Source: Mycobacteriales bacterium
Lineage (GTDB): Bacteria; Actinomycetota; Actinomycetes; JAFAQI01
Direction: 5' to 3'
Assembly (NCBI GenBank): GCA_035776655.1
Contig: DASTWK010000017.1
Span: forward strand, 11,940 to 75,939
Length of the DNA stretch: 64,000 bases
The notes beneath the pieces are model-generated. The model ran no database searches, had not been told where the DNA came from, and saw only the letters and a list, made by a program, of their open reading frames with translations. How positions within the stretch are numbered: position 1 is the first letter of the stretch; every line of letters starts with the position of its first letter. The position numbers and the translations under genes are program-made. This document shows positions 8,930 through 18,643 of this stretch, one piece after another.

Positions 8930-8938
8930 CGTGGTCGC

Positions 8939-9286
8939 CTAGCCCTGAAGGGCCACGAGCTCGTCCGGGTCGACCGTGTCGTGCCGTTTGGCGATCTGGA
9001 TCGACAGCGCGAGCAGCAGTGCCGTGACCGTCGCGGACACGACGATGTCGGTCAGGCAGAGTGACTGCACCACAGGGTCGACGACCTGCTTGGTCGGCTT
9101 CGCGGTTGACCCGAACACCGGTGCCGGCGCGTTGGTCTGGTAGCCGACCGCCATCAGCAGCACGTAGGTCCCGGCCTGAGCGATCGACAGGCAGATCGTC
9201 GCGTGGACCAGGTTGCGGCTGCGGGCGATGCCGAACCCGCCCACCAGCACGAGGGCGCCGGCGACGAAGTAGGCGTAGTGGCTCAT
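8939..9286 (-). CDS. mrpC: Mrp subunit C
   Basis: 115 aa, three TM, DPVVQSLCLTDIVV motif. Confidence 0.88.
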   Translation of the reverse strand: MSHYAYFVAGALVLVGGFGIARSRNLVHATICLSIAQAGTYVLLMAVGYQTNAPAPVFGSTAKPTKQVVDPVVQSLCLTDIVVSATVTALLLALSIQIAKRHDTVDPDELVALQG

Positions 9287-10053
9287 CGCAGCTCACCGGG
9301 CTGCGGGACCGAGATCGACTCGCGCTGGTGACCCAACAACACGGCTTGGTCGAAGAACCGGGCCAACAGGACGATCACGCCACTGGCGACCTCCACTCCC
9401 ACGATCGCGTTCAGGATCGGAACGGTGCCCGCGGAGAACATCTGGCCGAGCGTGCCGTAGGACAACATGTTGGTCAGGTATGCCGCAGACGTGAGGATTC
9501 CGGCGATGCCGAGGATGGCGAAGCCGGCTGCGCCGATGGCTTCGCCGTGCTCGAACAGGGCCACGGGGCGCAGGCGGTCGAGGGCCTGGTAGGAGCCGGC
9601 GACGTAGAGCAGGTGGAGGCCGGTCGCGAGGATGACCCCGCCCTGGAAGCCCCCGCCGGGGGTCAGGTGCCCGTGGGTCACGACGTCGACTCCGATGACC
9701 AGCGTCGTCGGCAACATCACGTATCCCAGCAGCCGAGTCGGCTCGAGCACCCGTCCCATCGGTGACGGACCGTGCTCCTGCTCCTCCCGCGAGGGGCGGA
9801 GGAGCGCCACGGCGCCGATGACCGAACCGAAGAGGATGATCTCCTCGACCAGGGTGTCGAGGCCGCGCTGGTCGAACACGATCGACGTGACCGCGTTGGC
9901 CGCACCATGGGCGACCGCTGCCGGCACGGCCATGTCCCGATAGGGATGGAACGTGCTGCCGAACGAGGGCAGGTCCAGCGCCGCCAGCGCGTAACAGACG
10001 CCGACGCCGATCAGTCCGAGCCCGAGCAGCCACATGCGGGCGGTGCGGCTCAC
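9283..10053 (-). CDS. mrpB: Mrp subunit B (MnhB domain)
   Basis: NAVTSIVFDQRGLDTLVEE and HLTPGGGFQGG motifs. Confidence 0.9.
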   Translation of the reverse strand: MSRTARMWLLGLGLIGVGVCYALAALDLPSFGSTFHPYRDMAVPAAVAHGAANAVTSIVFDQRGLDTLVEEIILFGSVIGAVALLRPSREEQEHGPSPMGRVLEPTRLLGYVMLPTTLVIGVDVVTHGHLTPGGGFQGGVILATGLHLLYVAGSYQALDRLRPVALFEHGEAIGAAGFAILGIAGILTSAAYLTNMLSYGTLGQMFSAGTVPILNAIVGVEVASGVIVLLARFFDQAVLLGHQRESISVPQPGELR

Positions 10054-10289
10054 CGGCCCCCCCGGATCTTGCTCACGGCCAGGAGAACCATCAGTGGCAC
10101 GAAGGCGGTGCCCACGGCAAGCTGGCTCAGCGCGACATCCGGTGCTTGCAAGACGATGAACAGCACGGTGAGTGACAACCCGAACAGTGACAACGTCACC
10201 GCCTGGCGTCGGGGATCCGAGGTCAGCACCACCGCCACCCCGGCGAAGAGCACCAGTGTCAGCGCGAGGCCGACCACTGCGGTCATCAT
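10050..10289 (-). CDS. DUF4040 / MbhD-like small Mrp subunit
   Basis: 79 aa, QAPDVALSQLAVG motif; coupled to mrpB. Confidence 0.8.
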   Translation of the reverse strand: MMTAVVGLALTLVLFAGVAVVLTSDPRRQAVTLSLFGLSLTVLFIVLQAPDVALSQLAVGTAFVPLMVLLAVSKIRGGR

Positions 10290-10308
10290 CGGCGGCTCCG
10301 TTCGGAGG

Positions 10309-10617
10309 TCATTGCGGTCCCTCGGGTTCGATGATCTGGCGCTGCTGCGCCCCCACCCGTCCGATCGCGGCCTCGAGGATCGGTCCGGACAACATGACCA
10401 ACGCCGTCGTGAGGATCTCCAGGCCGGTGGCGATGCTCCACGTGCTGTCGACGACGAGTGCGGCGCAGAACAGCGGGGCCCCCACCGTGGTCACCGGAGT
10501 GATGAAGTGCAGCTTGCCGAACGTGGTCCGCATCACGACCGCGCCGAAAGCCGCGAGCACGATGATCAGCAGCGACAGGGACAGCATCACGTCTGCCGCC
10601 AGCGTCCGCCCGCTCAT
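10309..10617 (-). CDS. mrpG: Mrp subunit G
   Basis: KLHFITPVTTVG motif, three TM; ATG 10617 overlaps the mrpF stop. Confidence 0.8.
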   Translation of the reverse strand: MSGRTLAADVMLSLSLLIIVLAAFGAVVMRTTFGKLHFITPVTTVGAPLFCAALVVDSTWSIATGLEILTTALVMLSGPILEAAIGRVGAQQRQIIEPEGPQ

Positions 10618-10868
10618 GGGCGCGGCCCCAGCAGACGTGTGTAGACGAGGGTGCCCGTCACCGTCAGGACGGCCAGCACCAGCGGCACGATGAGGTAGAT
10701 GGACTGCTGCATCGCGCGGGAGAACGCGAGCAGCACGAGCACCGTGACGGCCCCGGCGATCTCGACGCCGACGAGCCGGTTCACCGCGTCTCCGCGCGAG
10801 CCCACCCAGAGGGCGGGGAACAGGCCGAGCGCGATCAACACGATGCAGGCCGCGAGCCATGTCGTCAC
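10614..10868 (-). CDS. mrpF: Mrp subunit F
   Basis: 84 aa, GDAVNRLVGVE motif, three TM; GTG 10868. Confidence 0.8.
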   Translation of the reverse strand: MTTWLAACIVLIALGLFPALWVGSRGDAVNRLVGVEIAGAVTVLVLLAFSRAMQQSIYLIVPLVLAVLTVTGTLVYTRLLGPRP

Positions 10869-11356
10869 CGCGTCACCACCACGTGCATGCTCGGGCCGCC
10901 GTCGAGCAGGCCGTGCACGACCAGCTCGCCGGTGTCGGGGTCGTCGTGCACGACGAAGCTGCCCGGCGTCGCTGACACCAGCACGATTGCCGCCGCGCGC
11001 CGGGTGTTGGCGCGCAGGTCTGCCCCCGGGGCGACCGCGACGCGCACGAACTTTCCTTCGTCGGCGCGGCGGCCCAGCAGCCGCAGCCAAGGCAGTGCCA
11101 GCACCCGGACGGTGTCGGTGACGATGATCAGCGGAAGGCGGAGGGCCCAGACACCCGCCCGCGCCGGATAGCGCCACTGCGCGCGGAGCGCGCGCCGGGC
11201 GGCGACGGCCAACACCCCGCACACGATCGCCGACGGGGTCGCGAGGATGAGATCACCGGGGGTGACGGCTGACAGCGTCAGCAGCCAGATGCCGAGGCCG
11301 GCCCCGGCCCACCACAGGGCCTCGAGCAGCCACAGGAGGATGACCACGGCGCTCAT
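10865..11356 (-). CDS. mrpE: Mrp subunit E
   Basis: N-terminal TM pair, VSATPGSFVV and LVVHGL motifs; ATG 11356. Confidence 0.75.
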   Translation of the reverse strand: MSAVVILLWLLEALWWAGAGLGIWLLTLSAVTPGDLILATPSAIVCGVLAVAARRALRAQWRYPARAGVWALRLPLIIVTDTVRVLALPWLRLLGRRADEGKFVRVAVAPGADLRANTRRAAAIVLVSATPGSFVVHDDPDTGELVVHGLLDGGPSMHVVVTR

Positions 11357-11363
11357 CTGCCCC

Positions 11364-12191
11364 TCACCCGGCCCGGCCATTCGCGGCGGCCAGCTCGGTT
11401 CGGTGCGGGTTCGGTCGCTCCCGTTCGCAGACCCAGATCTCATGTCCCGGCCGCGCCGTCACCCGCAGTCCGGCGCTGCGCAGCATGGCCTCGACGCCGC
11501 TGGCGTTGGCGAGCCACCAGTTGGTGGGGTCGCCGGCCATCCTGTTCTCGACGAATGCCATCGCCGGCCAGCCGGGGTCCAGCAGCCGGTGCCGCTCGTC
11601 GAGCGACAGGTCCTCCGGCGGGTCCACGTGCTCCTCGCCCGGCAACGTCAGCGTCTGGAAGACCAGCCGCCCGCTGACCCGTTCAGCCACCAGATCGAGC
11701 GCGAGCAGCGGATAACGCAGGTGGTAGAGCACGCCCATGAACAGGACGAGGTCGAACTGTTCGTCCAGCCGGGCCAGGTCATAGACGCCCAGCTGGCGCA
11801 GTTCCACCCGGTGGCTCAGGCCGAGCTGCTCGCGTGCCCACCGCGCCTGCTCCAGGTAGTGCTCGTCGTGGTCCACGGCCAGGACGTGGGCGCCGCGCTG
11901 CGCGAGCTCGAAGCTGTAGAACCCGGCGTTGCAGCCGATGTCCAACGCCCGGCAGCCACTCAGATCCGTCGGCACGGCGGTCTGGACCTGCTGCCACTTG
12001 AATCGGGGGAAGTCTCCGAGCGGGTGGTCCGGCGCGGTCTGTACGCCGCCGGGCAGGTGCAGGTTGTGGAACCACGGACCGAGCCGGGCGACGTCGGCAT
12101 GTCCGCCCGCAGTGCCTGCGGACTGCAAGGTGCGTCCCGCCTCACGGCGCCGTTGTGGCCGGGTCGAGATGAGGTCCCTCTGCCGCGTCAC
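11364..12191 (-). CDS. SAM-dependent methyltransferase (TIGR04290 / Rta_06860-like)
   Basis: PWFHNLHL..QTAPDHPLGDFP, LDIGCNAGFYS, LFMGVLYHLRYP, DPTNWW. GTG 12191 overlaps the upstream stop. Confidence 0.8.
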   Translation of the reverse strand: MTRQRDLISTRPQRRREAGRTLQSAGTAGGHADVARLGPWFHNLHLPGGVQTAPDHPLGDFPRFKWQQVQTAVPTDLSGCRALDIGCNAGFYSFELAQRGAHVLAVDHDEHYLEQARWAREQLGLSHRVELRQLGVYDLARLDEQFDLVLFMGVLYHLRYPLLALDLVAERVSGRLVFQTLTLPGEEHVDPPEDLSLDERHRLLDPGWPAMAFVENRMAGDPTNWWLANASGVEAMLRSAGLRVTARPGHEIWVCERERPNPHRTELAAANGRAG

Positions 12192-13288
12192 GCCGACTCC
12201 TCCACTCGATGCAGCTGTCGGACGAGCTCTTCGAGCTCGCCGGCCCGATGCTCGGCGGTGTGTTCGGCCAGCACCCGGGCCCGGGCGGCCCGGCCGATGG
12301 TCTGCCGGCGCAGGCCGCGGGGGTCGTCCAGCGCGGCCAGCACGTCGGCGGCCGCGTCGGCGATGACGATCTCCTCGCCCGGCCGGAAGAAGCTGTCCAG
12401 CCCCTCCCATCGATCCGAGACCACCGGGACGCCGCACGCCGCCGCCTCGAACAACCGCACGCTCGGCGACCAGCCGGCCCGCACCATCTCCGCGCGGGTG
12501 ACGTTCAGCGTGAACCGTTGCGCTGCGTAGAACGCTGGGTGCTCGTCGGGTGGCAGGTGCTCGATCCGCTCGACGTTTGCCGGCCAGTCGATGGCGGCGG
12601 GGTACTGCGGCCCGGCCACCACGAACCGCAGGTCGGGCCGGGCCCGCGCCGGCTCCAGCAGCAGCCGTTCGACCGCTGGCTGCCGGTCCTCGCTGTAGGT
12701 GCCGAGGTAACCGAGATCCCAGCGCAGCGGCGCTGTCACCGGCGGATAGGTATCGGGGTCGACGAGGCAGTGGAACGCTTGCGCCCGCCGCGCCCCGAGC
12801 TGCTGCTCCAGCCGGTCGAGCGTCGGGCCGCCGGTGAACGACAGATAGACGTCGTACGCCGGCACCAGGTCCGCATCGAGGTAGTCGCAGTCGCCGCGCT
12901 CCAGCGCAGCCAACGTCACCGGCGTGTCGATGTCGTAGAACGCGGTGACGCCGGTGGCGGTCGACGTGACCCACCGGCCGATGTCCCGCCCGTCCGGCAC
13001 GTAGGAGCCGACCACCACGAGGTCGGCGCCGGTGATCTCACCGTCGAGCTCCTCCTGCAACTCGGGCTGCGACGAGTAGAGGACCGTCCACCCGTAGGGC
13101 GGGCTCGGCAGGTCGCGGTGCGCGGCGTACCAAGGCACGTCCCGCTCGGCGAACACGACGTCGTGGCCGCGCGACGTCAGCGCGCGCACCAGCGCGCGGT
13201 AGTTGGTCGCGTGTCCGTTGCCCCACGAGGACGTGATCGACAGGCCGAGCACGACGATCCGCAGCGGCGACGGCAGGTCAGTGGTCAT
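12188..13288 (-). CDS. CgeB-family glycosyltransferase
   Basis: LGLSITSSWGNGHATNYRAL, FYDIDTPVT, SPSVRLFEAAACG. Confidence 0.88.
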   Translation of the reverse strand: MTTDLPSPLRIVVLGLSITSSWGNGHATNYRALVRALTSRGHDVVFAERDVPWYAAHRDLPSPPYGWTVLYSSQPELQEELDGEITGADLVVVGSYVPDGRDIGRWVTSTATGVTAFYDIDTPVTLAALERGDCDYLDADLVPAYDVYLSFTGGPTLDRLEQQLGARRAQAFHCLVDPDTYPPVTAPLRWDLGYLGTYSEDRQPAVERLLLEPARARPDLRFVVAGPQYPAAIDWPANVERIEHLPPDEHPAFYAAQRFTLNVTRAEMVRAGWSPSVRLFEAAACGVPVVSDRWEGLDSFFRPGEEIVIADAAADVLAALDDPRGLRRQTIGRAARARVLAEHTAEHRAGELEELVRQLHRVEESA

Positions 13289-14379
13289 GCCGCCGCCTGC
13301 ACCCGCGAGCGCAGCAGCTGGTCGACCTGGGCCGCACGACGGGCGTAGGTGTGCTCGCGCCGCACCCGCGCGGCGGCGCCGGCGCCGATGCGCTGAGCCT
13401 GCTCGGTGGTGACGCGGTCGACATGAGCGGCGACCTCGCCACCGTCCGCGGCCACCAGCACCTCACGGCCGGGAGCGAGAAAGTCCTCCACGCCCTCCCA
13501 CGCGTCGGTGATGAGGCAGGCGCCGGCGCCGGCTGCCTCGAACACGCGGGTGGCCGGGGACCATCCGTTGGCCACCATGCCGTCCCGCGTGACGTTGAGC
13601 ACGGTCGTCGGGCTGCAGTTGAACGCGTTGTGGTCACTCGTGCCGACGTGACCGACCCAGCGCACGTTGGCCGGCATCCGTCTGTCGTCCCAGCCGTTGC
13701 CGCCGAGCAGGAACCTGCGGTGCGGCTGCAGCGCGGCCGCCCGGAAGAAGAACTCGTCGATGCGTGCCTCCCGGTCCGGCAACCGGTTGGCCAGCAGGGC
13801 ACAGTCGGCGGCGAACCGCGGATCCGCGGGGACCTGGTGGTGCGTCGTCGGGTCGAGTGCGTTGTAGACGACCGCGCAGTCGCGCGCGCCGAGGCGGCGG
13901 TAGCGGTCGACCACCCGGTCACCGCCGCCATAGGTCAGCACGAGGTCGTAGGCCGGGAGCAGCTGGCGCAACGGGTCGCTGTCGCTTGCCTCCAACCGGC
14001 CGAGCGTCGCCGGCGCGTCCACGTCCCAGAAGATCCGCACCGTGGTGGGGGAGCCGACGGTGGCGACCGCGGCTTCGAGCACGTCGTCGAACACGCCGAC
14101 TCCCGAGGTCTTCACGACGACATCCGCCCCGGCCGCCCGGTCGACCGTCGCCCGCACCTCGTCGGCGTCCTCCGCCGGGTAGATGACGACGCGTGCATAG
14201 TTCGGATCGGGGATGTCGCGATGTTCCTGGCGCTCGTAAGCAATGGGTTCATAGAACGTCACCCGGTGGCCGCGGGCGTGCAGCTCCCGGATCAAGCCCC
14301 GGTAGTAGGTGCAGGCCCCGTTCCACCAGGCGGACACCAGGCTCGAGCCGAAGAATGCGATGTCCAGGCCGTCACCCAT
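13285..14379 (-). CDS. CgeB-family glycosyltransferase
   Basis: FFGSSLVSAWWNGACTYYRG, FWDVDAPAT, SPATRVFEAAGAG. Confidence 0.88.
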   Translation of the reverse strand: MGDGLDIAFFGSSLVSAWWNGACTYYRGLIRELHARGHRVTFYEPIAYERQEHRDIPDPNYARVVIYPAEDADEVRATVDRAAGADVVVKTSGVGVFDDVLEAAVATVGSPTTVRIFWDVDAPATLGRLEASDSDPLRQLLPAYDLVLTYGGGDRVVDRYRRLGARDCAVVYNALDPTTHHQVPADPRFAADCALLANRLPDREARIDEFFFRAAALQPHRRFLLGGNGWDDRRMPANVRWVGHVGTSDHNAFNCSPTTVLNVTRDGMVANGWSPATRVFEAAGAGACLITDAWEGVEDFLAPGREVLVAADGGEVAAHVDRVTTEQAQRIGAGAAARVRREHTYARRAAQVDQLLRSRVQAAA

Positions 14380-15541
14380 GGCTGGGACCCTCCGGCTCGG
14401 TCGGCGCCGTCGCCGCCAGTCCCAGCTCCGCGCAGATCGCGATCAGCTCGTCCACCCGATGGCCGCACGTGTGTCGTTCGTGGATCGTCTGCAACCCGTG
14501 GTCGCGCAAGGCGCGGGCGAGACCGGGGTCGTGGAGCACGTCGTCGAGATGGCGCTCCATCTCGGCCCCGTTGCGGGCGACGAGGAAGTCCTTCCCTGCG
14601 CTGAACAGTCGCTCGCTGTCCTCCCACGGCGCGCACACAAGCGGGATGCCGCAGGCCATCGCCTCGAAGGGTCGGATGGTGGGAATCCCCGGCAGCGCTT
14701 CGACATAGGGGCGGCGCGGGACGTGCACCGTCACTCCGTGCGCCGCGAACGCTGCTGCCACTCGGTGCGACGGCCGCCACCCGCCGTACCGGATGCCGGC
14801 GGCAGCCAGTGACTCCTGCGCCGCAGCGGGATAGCGGACGCCATAGGCGTGCGCTCGTAGACCCAACCGGCGCACCGGGTCGATCAGGAACTCGTGCAGC
14901 TCGGCCGTGCGCTCGCCGTCGCCCCAGTTGCCGACCCACACCAGGTCGCCGCGACGGGCAACGCCGTCGATCGGGTGAAACGTCCTGACGTCCGCCGCCT
15001 CGTGCCAGGTCCAGGCGCGGGCGGCCCAGCCGCGCTCGAGGTAGAGCTCGCGGATGACGCCGCCGAAAGCCAGCACACCGTCGTAGTGCTGCAGGTCATA
15101 GCGGGACATCTCCGCCGGCTTGGTCACGGCGCGGTGATGAGTGTCGTGGAAGAGCAGCCGATAGCCACCGGCGGCCTTGTGCCGTCCGAGCAGTGCGACC
15201 AGTGCGGGGTCGTTCCACTCGTGCACCAGGACGAGGTCGGCGCCCGCCGTCATTGCGTCGATCTCGTCGCGGCCACCTGGCGAGGCACTGATGTCGAGGT
15301 CACGCGGGTCGTACACGTTGCTCACCGGCCGGTGCATCCAACCGAAGGCATCGAACACTGCGTCGACCGCCTCGCGGCCGTGCCCGGCGACCAGATGCGC
15401 TCGGCTCCAGCCGTCGAGCGGCTCGAACACGCGGACGTCGTGTCCCCGGTCGAGCAGCTCGGCGCACACCCCGCGCAGGAAGTGCGCGTTGCCGTGGTTC
15501 CAGTCCGACACCAGCGAGTGGCAGAAGACGACGATCCTCAT
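14372..15541 (-). CDS. CgeB-family glycosyltransferase
   Basis: MRIVVFCHSLVSDWNHGNAHFLRG, FHDTHHR, PTIRPFEAMACG; true start ATG 15541. Confidence 0.88.
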   Translation of the reverse strand: MRIVVFCHSLVSDWNHGNAHFLRGVCAELLDRGHDVRVFEPLDGWSRAHLVAGHGREAVDAVFDAFGWMHRPVSNVYDPRDLDISASPGGRDEIDAMTAGADLVLVHEWNDPALVALLGRHKAAGGYRLLFHDTHHRAVTKPAEMSRYDLQHYDGVLAFGGVIRELYLERGWAARAWTWHEAADVRTFHPIDGVARRGDLVWVGNWGDGERTAELHEFLIDPVRRLGLRAHAYGVRYPAAAQESLAAAGIRYGGWRPSHRVAAAFAAHGVTVHVPRRPYVEALPGIPTIRPFEAMACGIPLVCAPWEDSERLFSAGKDFLVARNGAEMERHLDDVLHDPGLARALRDHGLQTIHERHTCGHRVDELIAICAELGLAATAPTEPEGPSHG

Positions 15542-16698
15542 GCCGGTCCTCCCGCCGCGGCCCCGGCGGTCGACAGCGGTGCGCGCGGCAATGCTTGATA
15601 GACCTCCAGGTAACCCGCCGCCATCCGCTCCGGTGTGTACGCCGTCGCACGCGATCGTGCCGCCCGGCCAGCCGACTGCAGCCGCTCCGGGCACTGCACG
15701 AGCGTCTGCACCGTCGCCACGAGCTCGTCGGAGCTGGCGGGATCGACGTAGCAGGCGGCGTCGCCCCACAGCTCGCGCAGGCTCGGGATGTCGCCGAGGA
15801 CGAGCGCGCAGCCGGCCTGCGCGGCCTCCAGCACGCCGAGCCCGAACGGCTCGTAGCGAGCGGGTGCGACGTAGACGGCCGCTCGCGACAGCAGCGCGGA
15901 CAGCTCCGCTGCCGGCAGCACACCGACGAGCGAGGCAGCGGGCTCCGGGACGTGACTCGCGTCGGGTGCGCGGGCTGGCGCGCCGCGCGCCACGACCCCG
16001 GGGGGGTGCGGGTCGCCTGCGATGACGACGGGCCAGGGGAGCCGCGGCGCGTCCGCGGCCAGCCGACGCAGGTTCTTGGCCTCGTCCCACACCCTGCCGG
16101 TGCCGACGATGAGCTGCTCTTTGTCGGCACCCGTCGCGTCCGGCGGAGCTGTCCGACCGTTGAGTACGACGGTGCCGCCACCGTAGCCGTAGCAGCGGGA
16201 GAGCGCGGCCAGCATCGCCTGGGTCGGCGCGACGACGGCGGTCGCGGCGAACAGCCCCTCCGTCACCCGTCGGCGGTAGCTGTCCCACTCGGCGGGCGCG
16301 TCGACACCGTGCACCGCCTGCCACCACGACAGCACACAGGAGTGCGCCACCACGACGGTGGGCGCGTGCCACGGCAGTGCGGCATGCGCATAACCGTTGA
16401 GGTGTACGACCTCCGGCCGCAGCTGAGCCTCGAGGTCGAGCAACCATTCGCCGGCCGCGTCCACCTCCGACCACGGATCGGCCATCCACTCGAGGGCGAA
16501 GGTGCTCTCGTGCACCCCGGCGACCGGCGTGCCGGCAACGGCCCGCCGTTGGTGTGCGTCGAGCGGCCGCCCCATCGTCGCCAGGTGCACCTCGACGTCG
16601 TACGCCGCTAGCGCGGTCACCAGCTCGAGCGCGTAGGTCCACACGCCACCGACGGTGTCGGCGGTCATCAGCAGCCGGCGTGGTGCACTGGCTGTCAT
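15538..16698 (-). CDS. GT4 family glycosyltransferase
   Basis: MTADTVGGVWTY and YEPFGLGVLEAAQAG (EX7E motif). Confidence 0.9.
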   Translation of the reverse strand: MTASAPRRLLMTADTVGGVWTYALELVTALAAYDVEVHLATMGRPLDAHQRRAVAGTPVAGVHESTFALEWMADPWSEVDAAGEWLLDLEAQLRPEVVHLNGYAHAALPWHAPTVVVAHSCVLSWWQAVHGVDAPAEWDSYRRRVTEGLFAATAVVAPTQAMLAALSRCYGYGGGTVVLNGRTAPPDATGADKEQLIVGTGRVWDEAKNLRRLAADAPRLPWPVVIAGDPHPPGVVARGAPARAPDASHVPEPAASLVGVLPAAELSALLSRAAVYVAPARYEPFGLGVLEAAQAGCALVLGDIPSLRELWGDAACYVDPASSDELVATVQTLVQCPERLQSAGRAARSRATAYTPERMAAGYLEVYQALPRAPLSTAGAAAGGPA

Positions 16699-17678
16699 CG
16701 GCCGTAGATCCGATCGATGACCTGCGCCACCTCGACCAGCTCGGCGTTGGCCGGATCGAAGCGCTCGCCGGCCGCGAGGCGGCGCGCCCAGGTGACGGCG
16801 GCCCGACCGCCCCAGTCATCCGGGGGCTCGCTGAGCCGGCGGCTGGTCGTGCCGGTGTGCTGCCAGGCGCTGAAGTCATAGAACGAACCGTCGACGTTGT
16901 GCAGTGCCAACGAACCGCGGGTGCCGTGCAGGGTTGCTCCGATGACGGCGTCGCGGCCGGCGTGCAGGAACCAGGAGCAGGTCAGTGTGACGGTGGCGCC
17001 GGTGGCGAGGTCGAGTCGAGCGGTGGCGTAGTCCTCGACGACGATGGGCGCCGGGTCCAGCGGCCGGCCGTGCGCGAACAGCCGCGCCGTGACGGCGTCG
17101 ACCTTGGGCCGGTCGAGCAGCCACAGCGCCAGGTCGATGAGATGAATACCGAGATCGATCACGCAGCCCCCGCCGGACTGGGCGGGATCGGTGAACCACG
17201 GCTTGTCCGGGCCGTAGGCGTTGTGGAAGGTGAGGTCGGCGGCGTAGACCTCCCCGATCGCACCGGCGGCGAGCGTCGCGCGGATGGGCTCGATGGCCGA
17301 CAAGTGGCGGTAGGACAGATCGACGGCCAGCAGTCGGTCGGCGCCGCGGGCGGTGTCGACAACCGCCTCGCACTCGGCCGCGGTGCGGCCGAGTGGCTTC
17401 TGGCAGAACACGGCCAGTCCGCGCTCCAAGGCACTGATGGTCTGCTGGGCGTGCAGCGCACTGGGCGTCGCGATCACGATCCCGTCCAGGCCGAGCTCGC
17501 CGTGGAGCAGCTCGTCTGCATCGACGACGTGCCCGCCCGCGGCAGCTGCTGCCGCGGCGGCGGTGGAGGCATCGCTGTCGGCCACGGCAACCACGTCAAC
17601 CGCTCCGCAGCGAGCGATGGCTTCCATGCGGTTGCGTCCGATCCAGCCGACACCGAGGAAGCCGAGCCGTGGGGTCAC
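16695..17678 (-). CDS. Gfo/Idh/MocA family oxidoreductase
   Basis: GFLGVGWIG, IATPSALH, FCQKPLG, GGCVIDLGIHLID. Confidence 0.92.
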   Translation of the reverse strand: MTPRLGFLGVGWIGRNRMEAIARCGAVDVVAVADSDASTAAAAAAAAGGHVVDADELLHGELGLDGIVIATPSALHAQQTISALERGLAVFCQKPLGRTAAECEAVVDTARGADRLLAVDLSYRHLSAIEPIRATLAAGAIGEVYAADLTFHNAYGPDKPWFTDPAQSGGGCVIDLGIHLIDLALWLLDRPKVDAVTARLFAHGRPLDPAPIVVEDYATARLDLATGATVTLTCSWFLHAGRDAVIGATLHGTRGSLALHNVDGSFYDFSAWQHTGTTSRRLSEPPDDWGGRAAVTWARRLAAGERFDPANAELVEVAQVIDRIYGR

Positions 17679-18643
17679 CGGGTCACCAGCGCTTTCACGA
17701 AGCCGTCCGGTCGGTCGGCCATCACCTCGAATGCGGCGTCGAGCCGATGCAGCGGGAACGTGTGGGTGAACAGCGGTGCCGGGTCCAGCTGCCTGGAGGC
17801 GACGGCCGCGGCCGCGGCACGGATGCCGCCGAGGCGCACCTCCGGGTCGCGCTCATGCGCGTTGACGACATCGATACCGCGCCAGTTCCACAGCTGCATG
17901 TCGACGGTGCGCGGACCGTCCTGGTGGAAGCCGGCGACAACCAGCCGACCGCGGGTCTTCGTCAGCTGCCCGGCCAGATCGAGTGGCCACTGCGCTCCGA
18001 CCGCTTCCACGACGACGTCGCAGAGAGCGCCGTCGGTGAGTCGGTGCACTTCCTCGACGACGTCGTCGCCGAGCGCAACGGTGTCCTTGGCCCCCATCGC
18101 CCGCGCGACGTCAAGGGCGAACGGGCGGCGGGAAACGGCGATCACGTGCGCACCGGCATCGGCCGCCAGTGCGCCGACCAGGGTCCCCAGGAAGCCGGCC
18201 CCGACGATGCACACCGTCTGATCCGGGCCGAAGCCGCTGCGGGCGGCGATGTTGAACGCGCAGCCCAGCGCCTCACCCGGGAACGGCTGGCCCTCCAGTG
18301 CCGCCGGGAGCACGACGACCTCGTGCGCCGGCACCTCGACCCGCTCGGCGAACGCGAGGTCCGACAGGAACGCGACGGGATCCCCGACGCCGACCTCGGT
18401 CACGCCGGCTCCGATCTCGGCGACCCGTCCCCACGCCTCGTGGCCGGGCGCGCCGGGCGCCAGCGGGTAGCTGAACCAGGGGCGGCCCTCCCACACCGGC
18501 AGGTTCGACCCGCAGACGCCGCACCCGTCGACCTCGACCTGCACCGAGCCAGCGGCGGGCGAGTCGAGATCGACGGGGACGAGCTCGGTGCGGCGGGGCG
18601 CGGCGACGACTGCTGCTCGTGCACCGCGCCGGCCCGGGCTCAG
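17675..18643 (-). CDS. Zn-type MDR dehydrogenase (threonine/sugar dehydrogenase-like), start uncertain
   Basis: CGVCGSN, GHEAWG, GAGFLG. The frame stays open upstream of GTG 18544 to CTG 18643 and encodes RAAVVAAP. Confidence 0.8.
   Translation of the reverse strand: MSPGRRGARAAVVAAPRRTELVPVDLDSPAAGSVQVEVDGCGVCGSNLPVWEGRPWFSYPLAPGAPGHEAWGRVAEIGAGVTEVGVGDPVAFLSDLAFAERVEVPAHEVVVLPAALEGQPFPGEALGCAFNIAARSGFGPDQTVCIVGAGFLGTLVGALAADAGAHVIAVSRRPFALDVARAMGAKDTVALGDDVVEEVHRLTDGALCDVVVEAVGAQWPLDLAGQLTKTRGRLVVAGFHQDGPRTVDMQLWNWRGIDVVNAHERDPEVRLGGIRAAAAAVASRQLDPAPLFTHTFPLHRLDAAFEVMADRPDGFVKALVTR

Noticed and set aside
14372-16879. Apparent very long fusion ORFs (14372..16879; also 11364..12974, 23066..26131, 29289..32882)
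   Set aside because: The N-terminal extensions are off-frame read-throughs of neighbouring genes; internal starts with RBS or stop-start overlaps explain the real genes.
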